Shown one piece after another: positions 46,262-55,556 of a DNA stretch of 64,000 bases. Positions within the stretch are counted from its first letter, which is position 1; each line of letters starts with the position of its first letter. Source of the DNA: a virus; IMG/VR virus record IMGVR_UViG_3300024350_000006. One strand, written 5' to 3'. The position numbers were made by a program, and so were the translations under genes. The notes below the pieces were generated by a model. It was not told where the DNA came from. It did no database searches and saw nothing but the letters and a program-made list of their open reading frames with translations.

Positions 46262-46914
46262 GTCACTATGAAGTAAATTGGACCTATCGACACACTTTAG
46301 TTGATAAGGAAAAGCTACCAATTATCTATCGTGAGTTAAGGTACCTCTGGGACTTTTTAAGAGAGGATACCGCTGTTTTAAAATCTCGTTTTTATTTTGC
46401 ACCTTTTGACGATATTTTTCAACGTATTTGTAAAACTTTGTGTGTTGAACTTAGACGTTTACGTCTCTATGAATTTTGTACTGGTACTGGATATTTTGCT
46501 GTTCCTCCGGGAAAAATGACTCCCATACATATTGACCAGGGGTATAATTATGTACTTAATTTTCCTGTGATAAATTGTAGTAATTCCTACACCGTCTGGT
46601 ATAATGATGTAGAACAGATAACCTGCACCTCCGTTAATTCCTACGTAGAAGAAGATACAATTTTGTATAAAGGTCACAGAACAAATGCCACAACAGAAAG
46701 ATTAAAAGCAGCAGCAAATATTCCCTATTTTAAACTTGATCGTAAAAAGGAAATAGATAGAGTAGACAGTAATCAACCACTCTGGATAAATGGATCTATA
46801 CCACATAGACCCGAGGTGCAACATCTAGAGTTTAGATTAATGGCCACCTTGAGATTTACTCCTTTACCTAGAGAAATATTTTTTAAAAACACAGGTATAG
46901 ATCTGGGGGATTAA
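46258..46914 (+). CDS. 2OG-Fe(II) oxygenase/cupin-like protein
   Basis: PIHID...LNFPV...IPHR...R...LRF. Confidence 0.6.
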   Translation: MSHYEVNWTYRHTLVDKEKLPIIYRELRYLWDFLREDTAVLKSRFYFAPFDDIFQRICKTLCVELRRLRLYEFCTGTGYFAVPPGKMTPIHIDQGYNYVLNFPVINCSNSYTVWYNDVEQITCTSVNSYVEEDTILYKGHRTNATTERLKAAANIPYFKLDRKKEIDRVDSNQPLWINGSIPHRPEVQHLEFRLMATLRFTPLPREIFFKNTGIDLGD

Positions 46915-46917
46915 TAT

Positions 46918-47549
46918 ATGCCATACAAAGATTATAGCTGGACTTATTTGGGCTGCGCTGTTGAAAACAACGTAAAAAATAAGATTCAAAAAGAATTAAA
47001 AAATGTTTGGATAAATTTGTGTTAAATTTAAATATTACAACTTGTAGATTTTTTTATAATGCTTATGACAATTATATTAGGGAAAGATGTCCCACATTAT
47101 GTTTATTTTTAAAAGATAAAGAAATAGATAAAATAACAACTGGGATAGGTTTTATGGCAGTTCCACCAGGTAGTTATACTCCTTTGCATATCGATCTAGG
47201 TGCTTGCCCTATAGTGCTAGGTCTCCCTGTTATAAATTGTGAAAAAAGTTATACAGTTTGGTATAAAGATCCGCCACCACTTAAATTACCTAAAGTTCTA
47301 GATTGCCTACAATCAGACAGTATGCTTGGTAATCCAGAAGATGGGGAATGGCACTATCTTAATACTAGCGTTACAACTAGCAGTGTTCCCTATTTTGAAA
47401 TTATACCCGAATTAGAAATGGCTAGAGTCGAAAGTACTAATTTTAGCTGGCAGAATTCTGGTATTCCACATAGGGCTGAGGTTAACTGCAATAAATTAAG
47501 GGTTTTCGCAACTCTAAGATTTGATAGATACCCTCCATCTTTGTCTTAA
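46918..47549 (+). pseudogene. Paralogous 2OG-Fe(II) oxygenase-like gene split by a -1 frameshift near 47000-47010
   Basis: Upstream frame MPYKDYSWTY...QKELKNVW aligns to the paralog N-terminus; homology continues in the 47007 frame (PLHID, IPHR). Confidence 0.6.
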
Positions 47550-47630
47550 TTAGACCTAACCTTTTCAAATTATTTGACAGTGGGGATATTTTAAGTTATA
47601 CTAGGCTATCAACTAATTTACAAATAACCA

Positions 47631-48698
47631 ATGAGCTATTTTCTAAAATCTGGTAATACCTTTAGAGTGTCTAGTCGTGAAGCACTGGATCTGCACGAGA
47701 GTCTACCCACCGCGACCTACGTGGTCAAGTATGACGACCTACGCAATATGTTCTATCTTGAGTCTATAGATAATTTTGAACTTGCGGCACGTAGCTACGG
47801 CGATAACAATCGTAATGCAGAACGCATTCTAGACACCTTCCTTAAAAGACCCAACACCACTGGTGTGTTGTTAACTGGCGAAAAAGGCAGCGGAAAAACC
47901 CTACTAGCCAAGACAGTTTGTGTACGTGCTGCTGAAGCAGATGTGCCCACTATTGTGGTTAACACTGACTTTGCTGGTGATGGGTTTAATAGTTTCATCC
48001 AAAGTATTGAGCAGCCCTGTGTTATCCTGTTTGACGAATTTGAGAAAGTCTATGACAGCGACAAGCAGCAACATATTCTCACTCTACTAGATGGTGTGTT
48101 CCATACCAAGAAGCTGTTTATCCTTACCTGTAATGATAAGTGGCGTATTGATCATCATATGCGCAATCGTCCAGGACGCATCTACTATATGCTGGACTTC
48201 CGTGGATTAGAAACAGAATTTATTCGAGAGTACTGCCAGGACAACCTGAAAGATAAATCACATATAGAAAACATCTGTGACATTGCTAGTTTATTCAACG
48301 AATTTAATTTTGATATGCTCAAGGCTTTAGTAGAAGAAGTTAACCGTTATGGTGAAGATCCTCAGACTGCCCTGCGTATGCTCAACATTAAACCTGAATT
48401 TGACAGTGGTAATAATTACAGTGTCAAACTACAGGTAGCTGGTGAAGAGATTGACGCTGAAAAACTAGAATCAACCACCTGGCACGGCAACCCTCTGCAG
48501 AACAATATACAACTAGACTACAAGGTTGTGGATATGGAAAATGACGAATGGGACTGGGAACGTGTTCGATTTAGTCATACTAATCTACTTAAAATTGATC
48601 CCAATCAGGGTCGATTTGTGTTTACTGACGAAAAGGGCAGTGTACTAACGCTTACCAAAGTCAAAGAGAAAAAATACAACTACTACGCGGCATTTTAA
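47631..48698 (+). CDS. AAA+ ATPase
   Basis: GEKGSGKT, ILFDEFEK, NRPGRI. Confidence 0.85.
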   Translation: MSYFLKSGNTFRVSSREALDLHESLPTATYVVKYDDLRNMFYLESIDNFELAARSYGDNNRNAERILDTFLKRPNTTGVLLTGEKGSGKTLLAKTVCVRAAEADVPTIVVNTDFAGDGFNSFIQSIEQPCVILFDEFEKVYDSDKQQHILTLLDGVFHTKKLFILTCNDKWRIDHHMRNRPGRIYYMLDFRGLETEFIREYCQDNLKDKSHIENICDIASLFNEFNFDMLKALVEEVNRYGEDPQTALRMLNIKPEFDSGNNYSVKLQVAGEEIDAEKLESTTWHGNPLQNNIQLDYKVVDMENDEWDWERVRFSHTNLLKIDPNQGRFVFTDEKGSVLTLTKVKEKKYNYYAAF

Positions 48699-48699
48699 T

Positions 48700-48902
48700 G
48701 AGTTCTCAGTGATGTCGCTACACTTAATCAAGAGCGAACGGTGACCACTTATGTGAAATGTGGTTCGGATTGGTTGTCTGAGGTTGGGTGCATAAATCCT
48801 TTGACTCGAAGAAGGTGGCACGGCGAAAGAAATTTCGCACCGAATGCAAAAACCCGGCAGGTGGAGTCGTTAGGCTGTGAGGAAGTGATGGGAACAACAC
48901 AG
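48700..48902. ncRNA. Candidate ~200-nt structured RNA
   Basis: GC-rich gap between convergent genes with several stems, including gcgaaa-GAAA-tttcgc. Confidence 0.3.
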
Positions 48903-49916
48903 TTATACATCTTTTCCGCAGTATTTGTCGCAGATCATCATTCTACCTTGCGCATAGGTAGGTTGAGACCAAGATTCTTGAACTTTATGGAACCATTTAA
49001 CAGTGTGTTCCGTGGGATAGACTGTTGCATCGTTTTCCGTGGCTAGTGCCGCTATCTGTTTGTTAATTTTTTCGTGCCAGAGATTTTTACCAAACGTTTT
49101 AGGGAAGCTGCCAGTATAACAACAGGGATAGACTTCGCCATTGGCTGCTATGAAGATACCACTATGTTGTACAGTATCACATACTATTTTGTCCCTGGGT
49201 TTAACATATAATTCGGCATCTCTTACAGGTATGTTGTTTTTAACATTATACTTAAAATTTTCTAGTGTATTGGTATGATCTTCATTATTGAAATTGTCAA
49301 CCACGTGTAATAGTTTACCTTCTTTATCGTAGGTAGGCATATTTGAACCGTAGCTGGGACGAGTAATAAATTTAAAGCCGTGTTGATGAGCGAGTTGTTC
49401 ACATTGATCTATTTGATGTTTGTTATGTGAAAAGACAGTAAGTTTCCAAACTGCTGTGCCACCACTGGCTCTAAATATGTCAGCATTTTTTATAATCTGA
49501 CGCCAGCTGGTGTTTTGGCGATAGAGATGATGTGTATCTTCCAGTCCATCGAGACAGAATTCTACAGTAATTTTAAGTCGTCCCAGACGCTGCCAGAATT
49601 CTCTATCGCGACCACTGCCGTTGGTGCTACACACAATATAGAGTCTGGGATTGATGCTTAAAAAATATTCCACTATTTCTGGTGTTTCGGGATTCATTAT
49701 CATATCACCAAAGTTACCGCTTATTTGGATATGGTTCAATTGATTAAGAAACAGTGGAGTAAAAATTTTTTTGGTTTGCTCTAGTGTGAGATTGGTTTCA
49801 GGATAACCGCCATTGTAGGGATATCCACCAAAATTTCTAGGACAACCAGGACAACGTGCATTGCAAAAACTAGAAAGTTCTAGATGAACACTTGTTATAT
49901 TACTAAATTCTATCAT
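48903..49916 (-). CDS. Radical SAM protein with C-terminal twitch/SPASM domain
   Basis: CNARCPGC; GEVYPCC...CDKYC; TATAAATA on minus strand at 49922-49929. Confidence 0.85.
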   Translation of the reverse strand: MIEFSNITSVHLELSSFCNARCPGCPRNFGGYPYNGGYPETNLTLEQTKKIFTPLFLNQLNHIQISGNFGDMIMNPETPEIVEYFLSINPRLYIVCSTNGSGRDREFWQRLGRLKITVEFCLDGLEDTHHLYRQNTSWRQIIKNADIFRASGGTAVWKLTVFSHNKHQIDQCEQLAHQHGFKFITRPSYGSNMPTYDKEGKLLHVVDNFNNEDHTNTLENFKYNVKNNIPVRDAELYVKPRDKIVCDTVQHSGIFIAANGEVYPCCYTGSFPKTFGKNLWHEKINKQIAALATENDATVYPTEHTVKWFHKVQESWSQPTYAQGRMMICDKYCGKDV

Positions 49917-49942
49917 AGAGATATTTATAGGCGTAGTTTTTA

Positions 49943-49990
49943 ATAAAAAGATTCTATAAAGTCCATTAAAAAATAAAATGGAAAACCTAT
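49943..49990 (+). promoter_or_regulatory. OxyR-like binding site upstream of ahpC
   Basis: ATAA-N7-CTAT-N7-ATTA-N7-AAAT-N7-CTAT, 11-bp periodicity. Confidence 0.45.
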
Positions 49991-50064
49991 TGAAAATGCT
50001 TGATTTATAGGTTAAATAAAAGTATAATATTTTATCGATTAATTTTTACATAAGGAGAAACTTA

Positions 50065-50598
50065 ATGAAAACCGTAGGACATAAAATTGAGAAGTTTGCA
50101 GTAACTGGCGTTAATCCCGGTCGAGATGATTTCTTTACCATCACTGATGAATCATTTGCCGGCAAGTGGAAAGTAATTGTTTACTATCCAAAAGATTTTA
50201 CTTTCGTATGCCCAACTGAAATCGTAGCATACGATAAACTATTCCAGGACTTTGCTGACCGTGACGCAGTATTGCTAACAGGTAGTACAGACAATGAGTT
50301 CTGTAAACTAGCCTGGCAAGCAGCACAAGAAGATCTAAAAAAGATCAAACACATTCAGTTTGCTGACACACAGCGTGGTGAGTTAAGCCTAATCGAGCAA
50401 CTAGGTGTATTCTATGCACCAGCAGGTGCAGCTCTACGTGCCACATTTATTGTTGATCCCGACAACGTTATCCAGCACGTTACTGTCAATAACTTGAACG
50501 TGGGCCGTAGCCCAGAAGAAACACTTCGTGTTCTTGATGCACTACAGACCGGCGAACTATGTGCCTGCAATCGCACAGTTGGCGGCGAAACACTGTAA
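50065..50598 (+). CDS. ahpC: Peroxiredoxin AhpC
   Basis: YPKDFTFVCPTE, RATFIVDP, VGRSPEETLRVLDALQ, ELCAC. Confidence 0.95.
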   Translation: MKTVGHKIEKFAVTGVNPGRDDFFTITDESFAGKWKVIVYYPKDFTFVCPTEIVAYDKLFQDFADRDAVLLTGSTDNEFCKLAWQAAQEDLKKIKHIQFADTQRGELSLIEQLGVFYAPAGAALRATFIVDPDNVIQHVTVNNLNVGRSPEETLRVLDALQTGELCACNRTVGGETL

Positions 50599-50775
50599 GG
50601 TAAACTATGAAGCCAGTATTAATACAAACTTTAATAAAGAAAATGCGTGGACGCATCAGTAACCTACCAATGCCCAATGCTGTGGAAATTCCCACCAGAC
50701 GGGATAGATCGGGTACATTTATAATAGTTTTTTTAGTACTGGCATTAATTGCTACTATTTTAATTTGAGGTTGTT

Positions 50776-51171
50776 ATGTTAGAATGTCTTATTCTAGGAG
50801 ACAGCATTGCCAAGGGTATAAGTGATGTAAGAAGGGAATGTGCTGCCTTTGTGCAAAGTGGTATCAACAGCAGTGACTGGAACGACAAGTATGTTAAGAA
50901 AATCGTACCTGCCCGTAGTACAATTATAAGTCTAGGCAGTAACGACTACCGCAACCTTAACACTGAAATTGAATTAGTAGCATTAAGAACGCACGTAAAT
51001 TCCGATCACGTTTACTGGATAGTACCTGCAATTAAACCAGAAAAACAAGAACTAGTTAGAAAAATTGCTAGACACTTTGGGGATACTTTTGTCAATATTC
51101 CTGAACTTTCCCCTGATAAGGTACACCCCACCTATCGTGGTTATAGACAACTAGGAGTACTTACTAAATGA
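50776..51171 (+). CDS. SGNH/GDSL hydrolase-like protein
   Basis: GDSIA, LGSND, DKVHP. Confidence 0.72.
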   Translation: MLECLILGDSIAKGISDVRRECAAFVQSGINSSDWNDKYVKKIVPARSTIISLGSNDYRNLNTEIELVALRTHVNSDHVYWIVPAIKPEKQELVRKIARHFGDTFVNIPELSPDKVHPTYRGYRQLGVLTK

Positions 51172-51362
51172 GTTATAGAGAATATTTTGACTATTTAAAA
51201 AATTATCATTGCCCCAGTTGTAGGAGTAACAAACAATGAGCAAGGGAAGTAAACCTAGACCCTACAGTGTGGATCAGAAAACTTTTGATCAACGATGGGA
51301 CGCAATTTTTAAAAAACAAGATACTGATACAGATCTAAAACAAAAAGAAAAGGAAAAGAAAA

Positions 51363-51875
51363 ATGAGTTGGATAAATCAAATTAAAGAAAGTTTGCCTGA
51401 GTATGCCAAAGATACAAAACTTAATATCGATGCTGTTATTACTCGTAGCAGTCTTGATATTACCGAAGCTAATGGATGCGCTCTTGCAGCCGCAATGGCG
51501 ACCGGTAATGGAAAACTCGTTACGTTTATACAGTCAAATATGGAAGATGCCCTTGAACGAGACGCCGCACTGACAGCAGCGGCAATTATGGCACAGAACA
51601 ATGTCTGGTATCCCTATGTTGAAATGGCTGAAGATGAAAATTTAAAAGGTCTACCAGCGCAACTACGTATGAATGCAATTGCCAGTCACGGTGGCACTAC
51701 CAAGGCAAGATTTGAAGCCTATAGCCTCGCTGCAAGTATTGTGGGCAAGTGTCATTTCTGTGTTAAGGCACACTACGACACACTCAAGAAGGAAGGCTAC
51801 ACAGTAGAACAACTTCGTGACATTGGACGTATTGCCGCAGTAATCAACTCAGTTGCCAAGGTTTTAAATAGTTAA
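51363..51875 (+). CDS. ahpD: Alkyl hydroperoxide reductase AhpD
   Basis: LPEYAKDTKLN, MAQNNVWY, LRMN, GKCHFCVKAH. Confidence 0.9.
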   Translation: MSWINQIKESLPEYAKDTKLNIDAVITRSSLDITEANGCALAAAMATGNGKLVTFIQSNMEDALERDAALTAAAIMAQNNVWYPYVEMAEDENLKGLPAQLRMNAIASHGGTTKARFEAYSLAASIVGKCHFCVKAHYDTLKKEGYTVEQLRDIGRIAAVINSVAKVLNS

Positions 51876-51925
51876 ATATCACCATAATTCTTGATTTACA
51901 CTCATTGTTATGTATAATAAACAAT

Positions 51926-52165
51926 ATGAAAAAACAAACATATAATTTTGAAATAGCAATGAGTGCCCTACTCAGTCCTGAGGTTGTAAAAGAAATGGTT
52001 ATTAAAGAAGCAGAAGCCCACACTGGAAAAAAAGTAATTGAAATAGCTGCTCTTTATAAGTCCGGTGAATTCGATGGCTACCAAGTTTTCTTTGAATCTA
52101 GCACTACTCCTAAAAAGCCAGTATCCAGCAAGGAATTTATCAAGATGAAATGGGACGGGGAATAA
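51926..52165 (+). CDS. Hypothetical protein
   Basis: ORF after a sigma70-like promoter. Confidence 0.5.
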   Translation: MKKQTYNFEIAMSALLSPEVVKEMVIKEAEAHTGKKVIEIAALYKSGEFDGYQVFFESSTTPKKPVSSKEFIKMKWDGE

Positions 52166-52193
52166 ATACCCAGTAGTTAAAGGAGTAACTATT

Positions 52194-52370
52194 ATGCGTT
52201 ATGTTATAATGGTTTTCGCCCTGGCTGGCTGTGCAGACAAATATGCAGATTGCATCGAGCAACAAAAACAAGAATATCGTGATCGTAATCCCAAAGCTAG
52301 TTATAGTCAGGTGCAAAACAAACAGTTTGAATTTGAGCTAATGTGCTCTAAATTTAAAAAAGGAATGTAG
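52194..52370 (+). CDS. Small lipoprotein (not in ORF track)
   Basis: AAGGAG SD; MRYVIMVFALAGC lipobox. Confidence 0.55.
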   Translation: MRYVIMVFALAGCADKYADCIEQQKQEYRDRNPKASYSQVQNKQFEFELMCSKFKKGM

Positions 52371-52691
52371 TTGGAGTACCACGCACATATTTATTGGAGA
52401 AATGATCAAGAAAGAGCTCGTGCTATTTCTTTTAGAAATTATCTCGAAGAATCAGGATGTGTGATGGGTAGAGTTTGGGATTGGCCTATTGGGCCGCATC
52501 CATTGCCAATGTATCAAATTGTATATAATAGTAGTAATAAAGAATTAGTTGAACAGTTTCTTAGAAACCATAGGACGACTAATACCGTATTGTTGCACGA
52601 AAGTATTAATGACGATTTACGTGATCATACTGAGGGCGCAAGATGGTTAGGCGAAGCATTAGAATTAAAGTTAGACATTTTTAAAGAATAG
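52371..52691 (+). CDS. DOPA 4,5-dioxygenase family protein
   Basis: YHAHIY, PIGPHPLPMYQ, VLLH, DHT..A.WLG..L. Confidence 0.78.
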   Translation: MEYHAHIYWRNDQERARAISFRNYLEESGCVMGRVWDWPIGPHPLPMYQIVYNSSNKELVEQFLRNHRTTNTVLLHESINDDLRDHTEGARWLGEALELKLDIFKE

Positions 52692-52701
52692 GAGAATAAC
52701 A

Positions 52702-53262
52702 ATGGCCTAGATAGCTTACCAATGTAAAGATATAGTATTTCACTTCAACAAACGACACCTAGAGGACGACACCATCCCTATGTGGGTAGTTAAAAGTCAC
52801 GGTGTAACCTTTTACGTTAATCACGTAACCGCAGAAGTTCCCTGGAGTACCAAGGAAACTCCAGATAATTCCCATACCAAAGGTAGTTTAAAGTTTAAAA
52901 ATTGTAAGTTAATCATCGACGATGATAACTGTGCTACGATTACAAAACTTGGGCTATTAGATAAAAAATTACCTCACCCAAGATTAATCTTTAGGATTCT
53001 TTTCTATAATAACGGTGAAGTTCATAAAGCATTAAAAGACAATGAGTTTGAGCATACTGAATTTAAGTTTGTATCTGGTGGTTGTGGTACGTCCTGGACT
53101 ATCTGTGATATCCTGCACGAACACGATCAGACTATGTTAGGTTTAAAGTATGCAACCAAATTTAGAATTCTTAGTCCTAATGAAGGCTACTATAAAGCCT
53201 ATGACGAAAAAGGTCAGTGGATACAAGAAGATGAAGATTACGAAGACGAACTAGATGACTGA
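52702..53262 (+). CDS. Hypothetical protein with in-frame TAG at codon 3 (track ORF starts 52780)
   Basis: GGAG SD, ATG GCC TAG, then an open frame continuous with the 52780 ORF. Confidence 0.55.
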
Positions 53263-53546
53263 CGTAGTTCATCATATGTTTGAACAATGGCAATTTTACT
53301 AGGATCAGATTTACTGTCGCTAGGTACTGGTAAGGTTTGCCATTCTTCTTCGCTGACGTCACAGACTATAACTAGTTCGTATTCGTGTCCATCTGAACTG
53401 TAGCATCGGACGGTTTCTAGTCCCGCTAGACCCTGGGCGGCATCTTCTAGATGTCTAGCCAGGGATCTTAGTGCGGATCGTTCTGCTACAATATAACCTC
53501 GTGTACCTGGTCCTTGGTGTGAATGTAAGTGTATTCTTGATTTCAT
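53238..53546 (-). CDS. Hypothetical protein coupled to dnaE
   Basis: ATGA overlap with the dnaE stop. Confidence 0.6.
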   Translation of the reverse strand: MKSRIHLHSHQGPGTRGYIVAERSALRSLARHLEDAAQGLAGLETVRCYSSDGHEYELVIVCDVSEEEWQTLPVPSDSKSDPSKIAIVQTYDELRQSSSSSS

Positions 53547-55216
53547 TGTATGTGTGCTATGTCGATTAATTTTAATTTTTTAGATTTAAACACTGTAACA
53601 TATTCTGTGTTGTTTTTGTAGCCAAGTTTACCGAATCCCCACAAAACTGGATGATCTTGAAAACTTGCCGCGTGTGGTAGCACAACATCTAGGTAACGGC
53701 CATTACCAGTACCCAGTGTGACAAAGGTTATATAATCTTTCGCTCCTGATTTAAACACACGATAGTTAGCCACTAGACCACAAAACTCCACCTGGCCGGG
53801 CTTGCGTATTTCCTGACAGGCTGGTATAAATCTTGAAGAACGCCAACGTCCCTGTTCAATGAGATCACTTACCTCGCCACCTTCTCCCAATGAGGGAACT
53901 GCGCCAGCTAATTTGGCTTCCTGCCAGTAGACCCAGTGTGCGTAACTACCCTGGCAGTGTTTGAGTGCAGCTTGCCAAAACTTTTCTGGGTTATGAGCTT
54001 TTTGGTAGGCCAAGGCCCAGATAAGTCTGCCTAGATTTATGGCGTGTGCTCGGCAAAGTCCGAAGTGACTGAGTTCTCGTAGTGCTAGTAGTACATCATC
54101 TCGTCTTGGATGATCACCCACTAACTGCATAAACTCAAACATTTTTTCTTCATTCTTTTTTGCAAATGCACGACGCCACATATCAGCTTCATACTGATCA
54201 CAACCTAGTATCTGTCCTATTAGTTCAATGGCATCATCTTCAAAGACAATAGTTTCTGATAGGTTATCTTTTGTCCAGTCCTGGAAGGCACTGGCTCGGC
54301 GGCGGCCTTGTGTGGCCACTGGTCTTATTAGTGCTGTGGCCAATACGCAGTCGGCACGACTAGTGGGACGTATGGCTCTAAATAATCTTTTCATAGCAGG
54401 ACTTTCTGCCTGCGTAACACCCAGTATGTCTCCACGACTTAATAGAGCTGAGGTTTTGTCATCTGTTTCAGGATAATCCAAGAGGTCACGTTGCTCTATT
54501 TCCCAGAGCTGACTAAGTCCACGGTTGGATAATATGTCTATTTTAAAATGCTCAAGATCTTCTATCTCATATTTGTCTAGTAGTATCTGATTCTCACCGT
54601 TGATTAAACTTTTAGGTACACTACGATCAAATATCAGTATGCCGCCACAGTGTTTAGAGATACATCGTTTTTTGCCTAGTAGTTTATCTGCTAGACGTTC
54701 TGCTTCATCAACGTATTCTTCTGCCACAACGTCTGATAGTTTAAAATTACGTTTGAGTTTACCCTTGGCGCCGTAGCGTTTGGCAGCTTCGCGTCTTGCT
54801 GATTTTTCTTTGTAGGTGACATAGTTACTTACACGGGCACTCTGACCGGGCCAGCGGCGGAAGATTCTGTTCATTACAGTTTCTTGTTGATAATGCGGAA
54901 AGTCAAGATCAATGTCGGGTAGATCGTCCCTCTTGGGATTCATAAAACGTGAAAGGGGTATACGTTCTTTTATGGGATCTACATCACTGATGCCCATCAC
55001 GTAACAGATTAAACTGCTGCCTGCTGAGCCACGAGTTATATGTGGTATGTCTTGTGTTAGGTCTAGTATTTCTCTTACACGTAAAAAATGTTTGGCAAAT
55101 CCCAGTTTAGCTATTATCTCTAGTTCTTCTTCAAGTCTTTTAGTATATTCTTCAGTGTCGGGTATTGATCTAGTAAATTTTTTAATTAGTTTTTCGAGTT
55201 CGTCATATCGGTTCAT
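53543..55216 (-). CDS. dnaE: Minimal DNA polymerase III alpha-like (C-family), no PHP domain
   Basis: RGSAGSSL, DLPDIDLDF, KHCGG, KIDIL, ALIRP, RAHA; 557 aa. Confidence 0.85.
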   Translation of the reverse strand: MNRYDELEKLIKKFTRSIPDTEEYTKRLEEELEIIAKLGFAKHFLRVREILDLTQDIPHITRGSAGSSLICYVMGISDVDPIKERIPLSRFMNPKRDDLPDIDLDFPHYQQETVMNRIFRRWPGQSARVSNYVTYKEKSARREAAKRYGAKGKLKRNFKLSDVVAEEYVDEAERLADKLLGKKRCISKHCGGILIFDRSVPKSLINGENQILLDKYEIEDLEHFKIDILSNRGLSQLWEIEQRDLLDYPETDDKTSALLSRGDILGVTQAESPAMKRLFRAIRPTSRADCVLATALIRPVATQGRRRASAFQDWTKDNLSETIVFEDDAIELIGQILGCDQYEADMWRRAFAKKNEEKMFEFMQLVGDHPRRDDVLLALRELSHFGLCRAHAINLGRLIWALAYQKAHNPEKFWQAALKHCQGSYAHWVYWQEAKLAGAVPSLGEGGEVSDLIEQGRWRSSRFIPACQEIRKPGQVEFCGLVANYRVFKSGAKDYITFVTLGTGNGRYLDVVLPHAASFQDHPVLWGFGKLGYKNNTEYVTVFKSKKLKLIDIAHIQ

Positions 55217-55408
55217 TGATCACCTATGTTAGATTCTAGGTAGAAATATTTATAGTTCTAAAACTAGTGTTAAGAACTTTTGGATCATATGCTAATGAAA
55301 TCACTTAGTATAAAATAATGATTCACTGGATATGAATCTTGGGAATTTTTAGTTATAATTGGGATACATACAGAGACAGTATGTCAATTTTTATCAAGGA
55401 GAATGAAA

Positions 55409-55483
55409 ATGGCTTGGACAACACCAGCAGCACAAGATATGCGTTTTGGTTTCGAAATCACAATGTACATCGCAAATCGTTAA
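55409..55483 (+). CDS. pqqA: PQQ precursor peptide PqqA, MAWTTPAAQDMRFGFEITMYIANR (not in ORF track)
   Basis: 24 aa with W-x-x-P and GF-E-I-T-M-Y (ExxxY) motifs; AAGGAG SD; own TATAAT and terminator. Confidence 0.93.
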   Translation: MAWTTPAAQDMRFGFEITMYIANR

Positions 55484-55492
55484 TAAAAAATT

Positions 55493-55513
55493 AAGCCCCG
55501 CAAGGGGCTTTTT
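55493..55513. terminator. Bidirectional terminator between pqqA and the glycosyltransferase gene
   Basis: aagcccc-gcaa-ggggcttttt. Confidence 0.8.
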
Positions 55514-55556
55514 GCTGGTTACGAGTTCCAGCGGCGCTCTATCAACACACCCGATT

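Noticed and set aside
48741-49046. 101-aa plus-strand ORF, or RNase P RNA
   Set aside because: The ORF has no SD and overlaps the radical SAM gene antisense; the RNase P signature GAGGAAAGUCC is absent.
28053-49916. Radical SAM genes as PqqE for the phage PqqA
   Set aside because: None shows the PqqE-type CPLxCxYCSNP motif, there is no PqqD, and they are unlinked to pqqA.
55514-55556. Small stem gctgg/ccagc downstream of the GT2 stop, considered as glmS-like or preQ1 element
   Set aside because: It is too short, lies in a 3' position and lacks the remaining conserved core.
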